Shown: in pieces, positions 28,801 through 38,192 of the stretch
How positions within the stretch are numbered: position 1 is the first letter of the stretch
Layout of the letters: each line of letters begins with the position of its first letter
Origin: a virus
Lineage: Duplodnaviria > Caudoviricetes
IMG/VR virus record: IMGVR_UViG_3300032331_002501
Coordinates: 1-61,715 of that record
Strand: one strand, 5' to 3'
DNA: 61,715 nt
Notes under the pieces: model-generated
Database searches by the model: none
What the model saw: the letters and a program-made list of their open reading frames with translations, nothing else
What the model was told of the DNA's origin: nothing
Made by a program: the position numbers and the translations under genes

Positions 28801-28843
28801 TTGTTACCCCTTCCTGGAATGGTTCTCCGGTTAAATTTCCCAT
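25838..28843 (-). CDS. Large baseplate hub-like protein
   Basis: 1001 aa, between the LysM gene and the lysozyme. C-terminal FLIKGISHNI..NKWTTTI resembles hub (gpD/gp27-type) ends. Confidence 0.55.
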   Translation of the reverse strand: MGNLTGEPFQEGVTKQIDIRQRRLGKLNRSPEDLVFYNSSTAFLRLASSIDVECPVDPSGNVNPNLPIEKLPFLTPASDYIGNNLARKCVLFGGTIDISNSKDLTSEKALEAALNGTTTDPSLNFGLNLDPFSRPLIGAYGWGGIDQGYKPMPAIMSTNISYYNRGAIAKATVKIQVNSIKQLEIIDVLYCRVGYTMLLEWGNTMYFNNNNELEAFNNFSTEPLIGFFNGSATQNDIIAYIKKERETHSFNYDAMLGKVVNFKYDYKPEGYEVELTLIGMGDVIENFKINKGTGKTVDPNALSEKASTRKEQAKKALEDAKSQLNALWSDRGNKIGFKLNLDDTVNTFYNNAGQAPDIASFKAGDDSWLNSTSTLYIQKLEEVATFMQKQHWQNPSVQINGVGVGGFTDFHYKALGVTTDISQPKTDYKVADINNNPLFLGAAGDKLAAFAQQLKSAVSAVKSATANITNTDAAFDQAKVIESNAIVQNQSRCSLTQWLYDNVYRKSQAEATVAIGAYSNGFTNPVLKIPFKKHEGQSSCNFEQAYIKLGVLFSYLRNELLVYDSSKTNAAPEQKATSLSTGVPIDVGVPFFDFDLDRIKTVCMNFPNQMSGNPEICVIPFNYYDKETLKTPIDGKTKVTAVYNFNLIGVEDDNSGYIVKGNPYLGRPLDIYVNINHITNCIDSSTDAYGKTSMLPFLKSVINGINVALGGINRLSIGYDAEINSIKLIEEHNLQYEELMTGGEIATFNVYGIANAPVQQSQEQTTSPNVSNLWGSFVTDANFSIKIPPNMAAMASISAQASGNIVGENATGLSKLNKGLTDRIITFKLDPASIGLPTPGEASDPTVIFGKNLDLQSTLFKAIYIDKFLDKDSISSLVDINKDLAFYITGFAAEKEKMPPPFFLPFDLQLTMNGLSGITNYQRFAVTENILPTTYKTSVVKDDNTNQTVTQGIIDFLIKGISHNIAGNKWTTTIDSLTVISNRFSRSKGSITVTNTQTNTQ

Positions 28844-28863
28844 AACTTGTTATAGTTTAATTA

Positions 28864-29199
28864 TTAAGATAAATGGTTAAGCACATAATATGAGGCCAAT
28901 ATATTTTGAATATATATAGGAATTCGAAGTTGACTACCTACAGGAGGGAAAAGGGAGTTTTGAGATAACACATTAGGATTAGCTGAGGCTATTATCCACC
29001 ATAGTGTACTATCCTTATAAAATTGTTGGGCAAGTAAATCTAATCTGTCTCCTTCTGTAGTGATAACTTGTATATCATCATTGCTGAATGAGATTTTAGG
29101 GTATTTTACTGTTCCCATAATAGCAAAAGTCCTTTTATTTTTTATATCAATAGAAGGATCAGTAATTGCAGATTTTATATCTCGGTATCGACTAGTCAT
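28864..29199 (-). CDS. LysM-containing baseplate protein (gp53/gpX-like)
   Basis: GDRLDLLAQQFYKDSTLWWIIASANP...GSQLRIP. Confidence 0.85.
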   Translation of the reverse strand: MTSRYRDIKSAITDPSIDIKNKRTFAIMGTVKYPKISFSNDDIQVITTEGDRLDLLAQQFYKDSTLWWIIASANPNVLSQNSLFPPVGSQLRIPIYIQNILASYYVLNHLS

Positions 29200-29243
29200 T
29201 TATAAAATTATTATTCTATTATAAATATAAAACAAGACAATTC

Positions 29244-31133
29244 TTATAAAGCTTGACCAGTAATAGCAGCATTTCCAGAAGTAGTAAACTTATTAGCAGT
29301 TAATCCGGTAGTTTGGTTAATACCCATGTTAATATATGGAGTATCAAAATTAGAATTAGGAATATTATCAATCCATTCTTGATTAAGTGTCTTTGGAAGG
29401 AATGAATGGATAGGTGTAAATGAGAATCCTGATACGTTTATAGTTTGGGGTAAATTTAATGCGTTTTCATCTTTTGTTCCATCACTATTTTTACCTATAT
29501 CCCAAGAATATCCATCATCTATATTAAATGTTAATGCAGTAATAATCCCAGGTTGGTCTACTAAATAGTCACCAATAGTAAGTTTTACTATATTACCTCT
29601 CATAAATCCACTTACAGATTTATTAAAACTTGAATAATTAGGAGCTAATAAAGAAGCTAAATAATTAAGTTTTTGATACATAACTTTATGTTCTGCTCTT
29701 GAATTGGCATGAACTACAAAATTCATACTTAAAGTTCTAGTAAATCCACCGTATGTAAAGAAATTTTCTCCTCGTCCTGTGTATTTAAAATTTGCCCATT
29801 CTGCTCCATAAGCATCAGAAAGTCCACTTATGTATGCTCTAAAATGAATATAATTATTTTTAGTAGGATCATCTAAATTGATGACAGCTATATAAAATGG
29901 GACTGAATCTGAGTCTTTAACATCAGCAGCAGGTTGATCACTTGAGTATATAGATTTAAAATTAACTTGATCAACAACAGAATCAATATCTGGTTGGCCG
30001 TTTGCCCCTAATGGAGCAAAAGAGTATGGGTTAGAACGATTTAAACCTCCTACCCCAGGGTCACCCATTTTATAGGTAGAAATCCTGTTAAATTTAGTGT
30101 AATCAGTAAATGATAAATTATTTGCAGCAACTGAGCCAGCATCTGGTGCTTGGTCAGTGCTTATAAATTGTCGGAAGTCTTTTATTGAAGATCCAGGAAC
30201 AGGAGCATTTTTAAAAGTATTATCGTTACTATACTTAAATAAATTTTTACTTGTAAATACAGAAAACCAAGCATTAATTCCTCCAACTTGAGGAGCAGAT
30301 CCAATTTGAACTATCCCTCCAGAGTCATCAGACCATCCTGTAGTGTCAGTTACTCTTCTATAGAAGTTTAATGGGCCATTTGGTCCTTCAGGGTAATAAA
30401 ATAAATTATTACTATTAAGAAGAGCTATATTAAAACTATTAGCAACTACAATTCCTGCTCCAGTTGGTGCAACAGTATTAATTTTTAAAGCCCATAATAA
30501 TCCTAATCTGTTAGAATTAGTATTTTGGAAAAAATTTCCCCCAAATTGTACATTGTTATATATAGTTCGGGTTTGAGTTTCGTATGTAGTTTCCTTATCA
30601 AATACATTACCTATTCTTCCTGCAAGGGCTAGGGCAGATAATTGAGGGCCAAGAGGAGCATTTAAATTTATTGGAGGGAGATTGGATTCTCCTTTTCCTC
30701 GTTCATGTAATCCCTGTGATCCTCCTGCTAAGTTTATGTATAGATTATTAGGATCATAAATGCGAGATGGGAGTATAGTAGAAGGGAGTTTTGATTGTTG
30801 CTTGTATAATTCTTTTTGTTTATCTAAAAATATTCCAAAAGAAGGATTACGATCATCATTTATAAATGCTGATATTCTTTGGATATTGGTAGAAACAATA
30901 GAAAGATAGTTATCTCCTCCTCTTAAAAATACATCTTTAGTTTGGGAGGGGGCTGTTGAAAAGGTATCAGGGATTGGGGTTTTAATATATGGTTGATTGC
31001 TATTCCCATTTCCCATTAAGTCATCTCCATATGGTAACTTTTTAGCAGAGAAATTACCTAAACCACCAACATATCCTTTAGATTGGTAGTAGTAAAAGTC
31101 GGATTGATTAGCAACTAAATTTATTAATCCCAT
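29244..31133 (-). CDS. Baseplate / tube-initiator-like structural protein
   Basis: C-terminal FRAY...W....YTGRGE...Y.GFTR...KLTIGDY, directly upstream of the LysM gene. Confidence 0.6.
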   Translation of the reverse strand: MGLINLVANQSDFYYYQSKGYVGGLGNFSAKKLPYGDDLMGNGNSNQPYIKTPIPDTFSTAPSQTKDVFLRGGDNYLSIVSTNIQRISAFINDDRNPSFGIFLDKQKELYKQQSKLPSTILPSRIYDPNNLYINLAGGSQGLHERGKGESNLPPINLNAPLGPQLSALALAGRIGNVFDKETTYETQTRTIYNNVQFGGNFFQNTNSNRLGLLWALKINTVAPTGAGIVVANSFNIALLNSNNLFYYPEGPNGPLNFYRRVTDTTGWSDDSGGIVQIGSAPQVGGINAWFSVFTSKNLFKYSNDNTFKNAPVPGSSIKDFRQFISTDQAPDAGSVAANNLSFTDYTKFNRISTYKMGDPGVGGLNRSNPYSFAPLGANGQPDIDSVVDQVNFKSIYSSDQPAADVKDSDSVPFYIAVINLDDPTKNNYIHFRAYISGLSDAYGAEWANFKYTGRGENFFTYGGFTRTLSMNFVVHANSRAEHKVMYQKLNYLASLLAPNYSSFNKSVSGFMRGNIVKLTIGDYLVDQPGIITALTFNIDDGYSWDIGKNSDGTKDENALNLPQTINVSGFSFTPIHSFLPKTLNQEWIDNIPNSNFDTPYINMGINQTTGLTANKFTTSGNAAITGQAL

Positions 31134-31136
31134 TTA

Positions 31137-31499
31137 TTACCCTGGTAGGTTGTTTTCGTAAGTATTATTAGGCAAATATGTTTGGACAAATCCGTATGCA
31201 CTAACAGGAGAATTGTTTTCAATATCAAATCCATATGGTCCATTAAATCCATTGTTATATAGATTTGAAGCATCATCTGGTGGAGCAGCTTGGCCTACTA
31301 CATTACTGTATGTTGTGTCTGGGAGGTAGGTTTGTTGGAATCCACTACTAGGGTCATTAATAGGTCCATTGTCTGTTAAATCTAGGTTTGAGTCTTCAAG
31401 TCCTTCTCCAGGTTGAATTGAAGGAGTTTGATTCTCACCCTCATAGTTGTTTGTAGGTCCTAAATTAGTAGTTGGGAGTAAATCTAATAAGCTTGGCAT
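31137..31499 (-). CDS. Small late structural protein with an internal repeat
   Basis: GFxQTYLPxxTYxN occurs twice. Late motif at 31519-31526. Confidence 0.6.
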   Translation of the reverse strand: MPSLLDLLPTTNLGPTNNYEGENQTPSIQPGEGLEDSNLDLTDNGPINDPSSGFQQTYLPDTTYSNVVGQAAPPDDASNLYNNGFNGPYGFDIENNSPVSAYGFVQTYLPNNTYENNLPG

Positions 31500-31526
31500 A
31501 ATTGTAAATGTTTTTATTTATAAATA

Positions 31527-34388
31527 TTAAAATAACCCAGAGAATGATGTTACTAATGCTTCTCCTATTTTATTACCATCTAAGGTAATAGTTGCTTCTT
31601 TGTTATTTATAGCTACAAGAGTTTCAGCTTGCATTTTTCCACCTTCAACCATTAATGTTAATAATTGTACTACAGGAGCAAATGCTTCATTCATTATATC
31701 ATGGAATCTATCTAATGGAATAACAGCTTCAGGACCAGCTTCACCAATAAGGGCAGTAGTTGGTGATGTAACTATACCTCCTTTTGCTAACGCTAATAAT
31801 TCTAATTTTGGAAGATTAGGACTCCATGATCCACCTCCCATCCAATCTGGCATTTCAATACGGAGAGCTTCATTTATACCATCAATAAACCAGTTAATAG
31901 CTTCAATAATTAAATTAATAGGAGCAATAAGAAATTGTCTAACTGCTTGTCCTATAGATTTGATTGCATCTCCTATAGAATTTACAGCACTCATAACTCC
32001 ATCAACTAAAAGATCTATAAACCATGTTATAGAATCTATTATTCCCCCTATTATAACAGCTACTTCATTAAATACTCCAGCAATTACATCAACTATAGGT
32101 ACTAAAAAGTTAGCTATTGCCCCTATTATATCAAATATAAATTTCAACACACCTGCTAAAATTTGTACTATATCACCAAATAAACTAGCTACAAATTTAA
32201 TTATAGGAATAAGAATATTTAAAATAGGTTTAATTACTGCCATTATAATTTCTATAATAGGCATAAGAGCATCTACTAAAGATATTATTGCTGGTAGTAA
32301 AGCTTGGAATATATCTAAAACAACGGGCATAAGATCTACAGCTAGATCTGCAACCATAGTAAGGATAGGAATTAATGCATCTACTAATTTAAGTATTGCA
32401 GGAGCTAAAGTTTTAAATAATTCCGCTATCATAGGAACTAATTTTTTAGCTAATTCAGCAAATGCCTCAATTACAGGTTTAAGAGCTTCAAATATTTTTT
32501 GAATAATAGGAATTAAATCTTTTATAAACTGTGCTATTGGGGGGAGCAGCATATTTAACAAATCCATAAAGATTTGCATAAATGGCTTAAGCGCATCTAT
32601 AATTAGTTGGATTATAGGAATAATAGCAGTAAAAATATCCTTAACAGTTGGAAGTAAACTTGTTATCAATTCAGCAAACTGCGTCATAATAGGTGCAATT
32701 GCCTCAAATATTGATTGGATTATTGGTAAAAGAGATTGAAGAATACTTGCTACTATAGGAATAAGCGTTTTAGAAAGTTCAGCCATTGCTAGAAAAAATG
32801 GTTGAAGAGCAGTAAATATTGCTTGTATAACTGGTATTAATGCTTCTAAAAGAGCCTTTACAGGAGGGAGAATAGCTGCCATTATATCCATAAAGATTTG
32901 CATAAGTGGTTTAGCTGCATCTACTAATACTTTAACAATTTCTACTATTGGAGGAATAAGTTCATTTAAAATACTTGCAAATGATTCTACTAATTGTACA
33001 ATTAAATCTACAATCGGCATTATTATAGGAACAAGTGAACTTAGTAATTTAGCTAATGGTGGAGCTAATTTAGTAGCTAATTCTTGGAATATTAATACAA
33101 CTGGTTCTAATGCTTTGAAAACTCCTATAAAAGCAGCAGCTATTCCTTCTTGTCGTCTTTGGTACTGTTCAGCCATAGAAGCACTAGATTCCATTGATTT
33201 AGCTCCATCTTTTTGGCTATCTACTAAATTACCATTTTCTGCTACTATTGATTTTTGATTAGCTAAAGTTTGAGCTAATTCTTCACGATTCATACCTACA
33301 GCTTTTGCAGCAGCTTCTTGTTGAACCCGGTTCATTTTAGCAAAATCTGCAGAAGTTCCTATATTTTTAGCAAGCTCATCCGATAATGTAACCATATCAC
33401 CGTTTAATGCTGCTTCTCTTGCTTTTTCTAAATTTAAATCTTTACCAGTAAGCAATTCTGCTTCCATTTCTGCAGCTATAGAGTCTTCTAAGTTTAATAA
33501 ACCATTAGCTATGTCTTCAACTTTTGTAAGTTCCATACCTAATTTTTTAGAAGATAATACTGCTTTTGTAATAGCTTCAGCAGAACCACCTAATGTTAAT
33601 TTAACAGATGCTGATACTTTACCTACAGACTCCATTACGCTTTTCATACTAACTGCCATTTTATTGGCTTTAATAAAGCTTAATGAAGTATCTGCAACAG
33701 CATCTGCAAATTTTCCAGCATCTTGTCCTGTAATTTTAGCAGTTTTAGCTAATTCAGCTAATGTATCTGCAGATACTCCTGCAAATACACTTAATCTCAT
33801 AAATGTGTTTAATGTGCTTTGACTAAGCTTTTCTGTAGACCCTAATGCTGAGTATATTTGACCCATGGCTTGTACAGCTTGGTCATTAGTAATACCCATT
33901 TGTGCTCCTATGGCTCTAGCTTGCCCAGCTAATTTAGATGCCTCCCCTTGTGCTAAACCCATTGTTCTAGCTAATTCAGTATTTTGAGTACTGAATTTCA
34001 TTGCTGCTTCTTTACCTTTTTCATAAGCAGAGGTAATAAAGCTTATTATAGATGTTACACTTAGGAATTTTTTAGCCATCATAGCTAATGGGCTTAAAGT
34101 AGCTGTTATTCCCTTACCCAATAGTTTAGCCCCACTAACCATCCCATCCATAGATGATTTACCCACTGTCCAAAATTTACTCTTTCCAGCTTTATCAACT
34201 TCTTGACCAGTTTGATTAAAGGATTTAGTAAGATCTTTAGCACCTTGAGCGACTTTCCCTTGAACATCACCTAACTTTTGCATTGTTTTTAACAATCCTT
34301 TAGAAGTATCAACTGCACCTGAATAATCAGGTGCTGGTGGTGGTGGTGGAGCAGCTGCTGGGCCTTTAGCTGGTGGTTTTTTAGCCAT
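31527..34388 (-). CDS. Tape measure protein
   Basis: 953 aa, helical, with Pro-punctuated amphipathic repeats and C-terminal LAKGGIV.SPT.ALIGEAGPEAVIPL. Downstream of tube and chaperone genes. Confidence 0.9.
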   Translation of the reverse strand: MAKKPPAKGPAAAPPPPPAPDYSGAVDTSKGLLKTMQKLGDVQGKVAQGAKDLTKSFNQTGQEVDKAGKSKFWTVGKSSMDGMVSGAKLLGKGITATLSPLAMMAKKFLSVTSIISFITSAYEKGKEAAMKFSTQNTELARTMGLAQGEASKLAGQARAIGAQMGITNDQAVQAMGQIYSALGSTEKLSQSTLNTFMRLSVFAGVSADTLAELAKTAKITGQDAGKFADAVADTSLSFIKANKMAVSMKSVMESVGKVSASVKLTLGGSAEAITKAVLSSKKLGMELTKVEDIANGLLNLEDSIAAEMEAELLTGKDLNLEKAREAALNGDMVTLSDELAKNIGTSADFAKMNRVQQEAAAKAVGMNREELAQTLANQKSIVAENGNLVDSQKDGAKSMESSASMAEQYQRRQEGIAAAFIGVFKALEPVVLIFQELATKLAPPLAKLLSSLVPIIMPIVDLIVQLVESFASILNELIPPIVEIVKVLVDAAKPLMQIFMDIMAAILPPVKALLEALIPVIQAIFTALQPFFLAMAELSKTLIPIVASILQSLLPIIQSIFEAIAPIMTQFAELITSLLPTVKDIFTAIIPIIQLIIDALKPFMQIFMDLLNMLLPPIAQFIKDLIPIIQKIFEALKPVIEAFAELAKKLVPMIAELFKTLAPAILKLVDALIPILTMVADLAVDLMPVVLDIFQALLPAIISLVDALMPIIEIIMAVIKPILNILIPIIKFVASLFGDIVQILAGVLKFIFDIIGAIANFLVPIVDVIAGVFNEVAVIIGGIIDSITWFIDLLVDGVMSAVNSIGDAIKSIGQAVRQFLIAPINLIIEAINWFIDGINEALRIEMPDWMGGGSWSPNLPKLELLALAKGGIVTSPTTALIGEAGPEAVIPLDRFHDIMNEAFAPVVQLLTLMVEGGKMQAETLVAINNKEATITLDGNKIGEALVTSFSGLF

Positions 34389-34422
34389 GCAAAAATATAA
34401 TTATAATTTTATTATAAATATT

Positions 34423-34450
34423 AAAAGGCATTACTTTTGTAACACCTTTT
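34423..34450 (-). terminator. Hairpin terminator after the tail chaperone genes
   Basis: AAAAGGUGUUAC-AAAA-GUAAUGCCUUUU, with G-U pairs possible only on the minus strand. Confidence 0.55.
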
Positions 34451-34749
34451 AAATTCGTTGATTATTTTTTATAGCACTTATTACGGATTGATTAGGATTT
34501 CCTATATCTATATTAGTAACTGTAGAATTAGAATTTGACATTCCTTTTTTTCCTTTGTTACCATATGAATTTTGGTATCTTTGGTTTTCTTTATCTACAC
34601 TATCGGCAATCATTTTATGAGTAAAATTTCTTAACCAAATAGGCATTTCATATATTGTAAACCAATCGTATCCTCCTTTACCGTGATATACTATATCATG
34701 TATTTGCTTAAAAAGACTTATCCGATATTCCGGCGTCAGGCCAAAAAAA
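34449..34749 (-). CDS. Second tail-chaperone segment (gp51-like / GT part), probably reached by frameshift
   Basis: The frame of ORF 34449..34646 stays open upstream to the T7 run (FFGLTPEYRISLFKQIHDIVYHGKGGYDWFTIYEMPIW) with no ATG, GTG or TTG start. Confidence 0.65.
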
Positions 34750-35499
34750 GCTAGTATTCATAGGTAATCTGACCCCCTCCTGTAGGCCTTCCGATGTTTC
34801 AAAAGAAATAGTCATATCAATATCTGGGGTGATGTTACGTAAATGTTCTCTGAATGATTGGGAATCTCTAGCTAAAAGATAATTATCAACAAATTCTCTA
34901 ACAGTTTTTCTTTCAGAATCACCATTTACTGAGATGATCATATGTTTTAATCGGGTAGAAAGTTCATATGATGCTGTTTTGTTGATTTTTTGTAATCCTT
35001 TTACTTCAGCATCAACTTTTCTTTCATCTCCATGAGTTAAAAGTTTAAAAGTAATTTCATTTTTTGAATGAGGTAAAGTATATGAGAACACATTTTCATG
35101 TGGAACAAATAAACTTTCATTAAATGGTTTTTCTTCTAAAGTAGATAAATCTATTGTTACTTTTTCTCCGTTCCAATCAAAAGTGTATTCTGCTCCGTAT
35201 CCTAAAACACGAGCTGCTAACATAATAGCATTTTTATCACCAATGATTAAATCATCATAGTTAATAGGAGATACAATTAAAGCTTGCAATAATTTATCAA
35301 TTACTGTTCCTTGTTTAATGTAATTTTGGTTAGTAAGAATATCTTCCTCTTTAGCTGTCATGTATTTCATTTCAATTTTACCATTAGAAAGGGGGTTTCC
35401 TTTTGAGTAAAGTAAACCTTTAGAAGGTAAAGAAATAAATTCAGTAGGGAATTTTGGCTTTTCAGAAGTAATTTCTGTTTTTGGATTTGATTCGCTCAT
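34708..35499 (-). CDS. Baseplate hub / tail assembly chaperone (gp26-like)
   Basis: LPSKG, MTAKEEDIL, GDKNAI, FFWP; between tube and tape measure. Confidence 0.75.
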   Translation of the reverse strand: MSESNPKTEITSEKPKFPTEFISLPSKGLLYSKGNPLSNGKIEMKYMTAKEEDILTNQNYIKQGTVIDKLLQALIVSPINYDDLIIGDKNAIMLAARVLGYGAEYTFDWNGEKVTIDLSTLEEKPFNESLFVPHENVFSYTLPHSKNEITFKLLTHGDERKVDAEVKGLQKINKTASYELSTRLKHMIISVNGDSERKTVREFVDNYLLARDSQSFREHLRNITPDIDMTISFETSEGLQEGVRLPMNTSFFWPDAGISDKSF

Positions 35500-35557
35500 A
35501 GATTTTTATTTGTTAAAACTTTATATTCGGATATAAATATATTGAAAAATAGGAAGA

Positions 35558-35585
35558 TAAAAAAAAACCCACATTTCTGTGGGTT
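35558..35585 (-). terminator. Intrinsic terminator after the tail tube gene
   Basis: AACCCACA-GAAA-TGTGGGTT followed by a T-run. Confidence 0.85.
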
Positions 35586-35607
35586 CTTTTAAAAATATTA
35601 ATTTTAA

Positions 35608-36096
35608 TTAGTAGTTCAAGATACAGTAATCCATACCTAATACCATAGTTAAGTTTTGAGCTTCAGCTTCAGTATCCCAGTTATATTCACCAAATTCGGC
35701 AGATTTAATAAATGCACCTTTGATGATCCATTCACTTACTATATCACCTACAGGACCTAATACTTCAATTTTAACATCCTTTTTATAAAAATCTGAGTAT
35801 CCGTCACGTCCGGTTACTGATTCATGGTGGAGGCGTACCCATTCCATTACGGCTTGTGCACCTGATGGAGTGATTGGGTCAAATAGCGTTAGTGATAAAT
35901 CATTCCATTTTAATTTACCTTTAATTTTACGGTAAGTATTTATATGGTTAAGAGTGATTTCTTCTTGTGTAAATCCCATACCGCTTACACCCTTAATAAG
36001 GTAACTAGGAATTCCTTCTACATACATATAGAATCTATTCTTTAATTTCGGTTCAAAGGATGTAAAAAATATTTCGTTTGGATTTAAAATAGCCAT
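35608..36096 (-). CDS. Tail tube protein (gp19-like)
   Basis: EPK..NRF, KGKLKW, AQAVMEW, YKKD, WIIKGAF; follows the sheath gene. Confidence 0.9.
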   Translation of the reverse strand: MAILNPNEIFFTSFEPKLKNRFYMYVEGIPSYLIKGVSGMGFTQEEITLNHINTYRKIKGKLKWNDLSLTLFDPITPSGAQAVMEWVRLHHESVTGRDGYSDFYKKDVKIEVLGPVGDIVSEWIIKGAFIKSAEFGEYNWDTEAEAQNLTMVLGMDYCILNY

Positions 36097-36137
36097 GTTT
36101 TTATTATTTTATTATAAATATTATTAAACTTCAGTTT

Positions 36138-37856
36138 TTATGATGGGAAAGTAGCTCCTGTTGGCAAGATGTTGAAATCTAATATAATAAATTCAGCTGT
36201 CTTAGTTGGTTGTAAATAAATAGCTCCTCTTAATTGGTTTCTATCTACTACATCTGGAGTGTTGTTACTTTCATCCATTACTACCTTGTAAGCATACAAA
36301 CCTTGACGTTGTTGTACACTTTCTAAGTATGGGTTTACTTGTGCTAAGAATGTATTTCTAGTAGCTAATGTATTTTGTTCAAATACTAATGTGTTAGATA
36401 TATTAGAAATAGTATTCTTAAGAGTAATTAATAAGCGGCGAACATTTACACGATCTAAAGCACTTGCTTTATTTTGTAATGTTTTCTGACCAAATACTAC
36501 AACTCCAGTTGCTGGGAAGGTAGCGATTGGGTTTATTTTAGCTGAGTATAAGTCATCGCGATTTGCAGATGATAATCTTCTTTCAGCTAATATCACTTGA
36601 GTTAATCCACCACGATTAATACCTGCTGGTGCAAACCATGGAGCAGCTACTTGGTCGTTGTAAGCATAAACGCCTGGGATTACTGTAGAGGCGGGAACCC
36701 ATACTAGGTTTTGAGTATCAGGGTCTACAATTTGAACCCATGGCCAGTATGCAGCCGCGTAGCTAGTATTTAAAGCAGCAGCTTGTGTTTTAACTGAAGC
36801 TATAGTTGTTCCGTATTTTACTAGATCAATAACTGCAATAGCATCACCTCTGTCTTGGGTATTGTTAATCAATGTATTAATTGGGGTAACGTGGCCTGTT
36901 TCACCGCGCATTAATCCAGGTGCCGTAATAATGTTATATTTATAATCATCTTTATTTGCTAAGATAGCAAATGATTGAGTATAGTCATTTGGGCCTATTC
37001 CTTGTAGATTTGAACCACCCATGTTTTCGTAAAAATTAGCTTGCCAGCTTACTGGAACATTTTCACCAGTTCCCCCACCAAATGCACCACTTTGAGCTGC
37101 AGGGATAGAACCAGTAAATGTTGATACTGCTGCTCCGTTATTATCAAAGAAATTAGGGGTCTTTTGGTTTACAGTTTTTACTCTTACATACTTACTATTT
37201 ACAGGATAACTACCTGATTGTTGTATGTATATACCATCGTCAGTGCGAATGTTTCTTGCTTGATTACCAATTACTTTTTCAATATAATTAGATTGATTAG
37301 GATCTAATGAAAGATTAGTCCAAGTTTCTAAAACAGTAGGAGTATTAGCAGTATCATCTCCTCTTCTAATTAATAGAGTAAATGTTCCTGATGATGTATT
37401 TGGTGATTGGACCTCCCAACGAACATTATAAGAACTACCACTAGGCAATGAACTGCTTACTTCTGATCCACTATTGTTACCAATGATACCATCAGTAAGA
37501 AATTCTAATGAAAATATATTATTAACAGCTGTTGTACTACCACTTACATTAGAACTAGATGCAGGAGTGAATGAACCACTTGCAACACGAGTAACTAATA
37601 AACTAGTACCACCGTTGTTAAAATAATTATATGCAGATAATGCTGTTAAATAGTTGTAAGTATTACCTCCACTAACAAAATAACCTCCGAAATTTTGTAA
37701 ATAATCAGAATAAGTGGTTACTATTTTTGGAATACCTACTTTACCCAACAAAGTTGGACCAACAATAGCTGCACCGATAGGTGCAGGGGTTGCAGAAACA
37801 AAAGATTGATCGTTTTCTCTTGCTAAAACACCAGGGGATATTAAAGTTTCGGCCAT
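36138..37856 (-). CDS. Contractile tail sheath protein (gp18-like)
   Basis: ISPGVLARE, YWPW, WFAPAG..RG, INPI, GQKTL, LDRVNVRRL, EFI.LDF. Confidence 0.96.
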   Translation of the reverse strand: MAETLISPGVLARENDQSFVSATPAPIGAAIVGPTLLGKVGIPKIVTTYSDYLQNFGGYFVSGGNTYNYLTALSAYNYFNNGGTSLLVTRVASGSFTPASSSNVSGSTTAVNNIFSLEFLTDGIIGNNSGSEVSSSLPSGSSYNVRWEVQSPNTSSGTFTLLIRRGDDTANTPTVLETWTNLSLDPNQSNYIEKVIGNQARNIRTDDGIYIQQSGSYPVNSKYVRVKTVNQKTPNFFDNNGAAVSTFTGSIPAAQSGAFGGGTGENVPVSWQANFYENMGGSNLQGIGPNDYTQSFAILANKDDYKYNIITAPGLMRGETGHVTPINTLINNTQDRGDAIAVIDLVKYGTTIASVKTQAAALNTSYAAAYWPWVQIVDPDTQNLVWVPASTVIPGVYAYNDQVAAPWFAPAGINRGGLTQVILAERRLSSANRDDLYSAKINPIATFPATGVVVFGQKTLQNKASALDRVNVRRLLITLKNTISNISNTLVFEQNTLATRNTFLAQVNPYLESVQQRQGLYAYKVVMDESNNTPDVVDRNQLRGAIYLQPTKTAEFIILDFNILPTGATFPS

Positions 37857-37903
37857 GTTTTATATGTTTTTTATTAATAAATATGGCGAACTCTATTCAA
37901 AGT

Positions 37904-38152
37904 TTAGGATACAGGGGAAAATTCTCCGGTTTCTAAACTTATACTTCCTTCACCATACTTGGTTTTGATTTGATTAACTAATTCTAATTCTTGATTTTTT
38001 AAATCAGAAAATTGTTGTTTAATTTTTTCTTTTTCTTCAGCTAAATTAAGAATTTCTAATTCAAGTCTTCCTAATGTTAAAGCTGTTTGGTTATATTGTT
38101 CTTTAAGATTTTTTAAAGAATCTAATTCTTCATTTGATAAAACTGTTTTCAT
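37904..38152 (-). CDS. Small coiled-coil protein
   Basis: 82 aa with heptad pattern, KYGEGSISLETGEF and its own late motif (38172-38179). Confidence 0.7.
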   Translation of the reverse strand: MKTVLSNEELDSLKNLKEQYNQTALTLGRLELEILNLAEEKEKIKQQFSDLKNQELELVNQIKTKYGEGSISLETGEFSPVS

Positions 38153-38192
38153 ATTATAAACTTATTTTTATTATAAATATATATAATCATTT

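Noticed and set aside
31600-32502. 300-aa plus-strand ORF, and 33511..33822
   Set aside because: Antisense shadow of the repetitive tape-measure gene, with no promoter or recognisable motifs.
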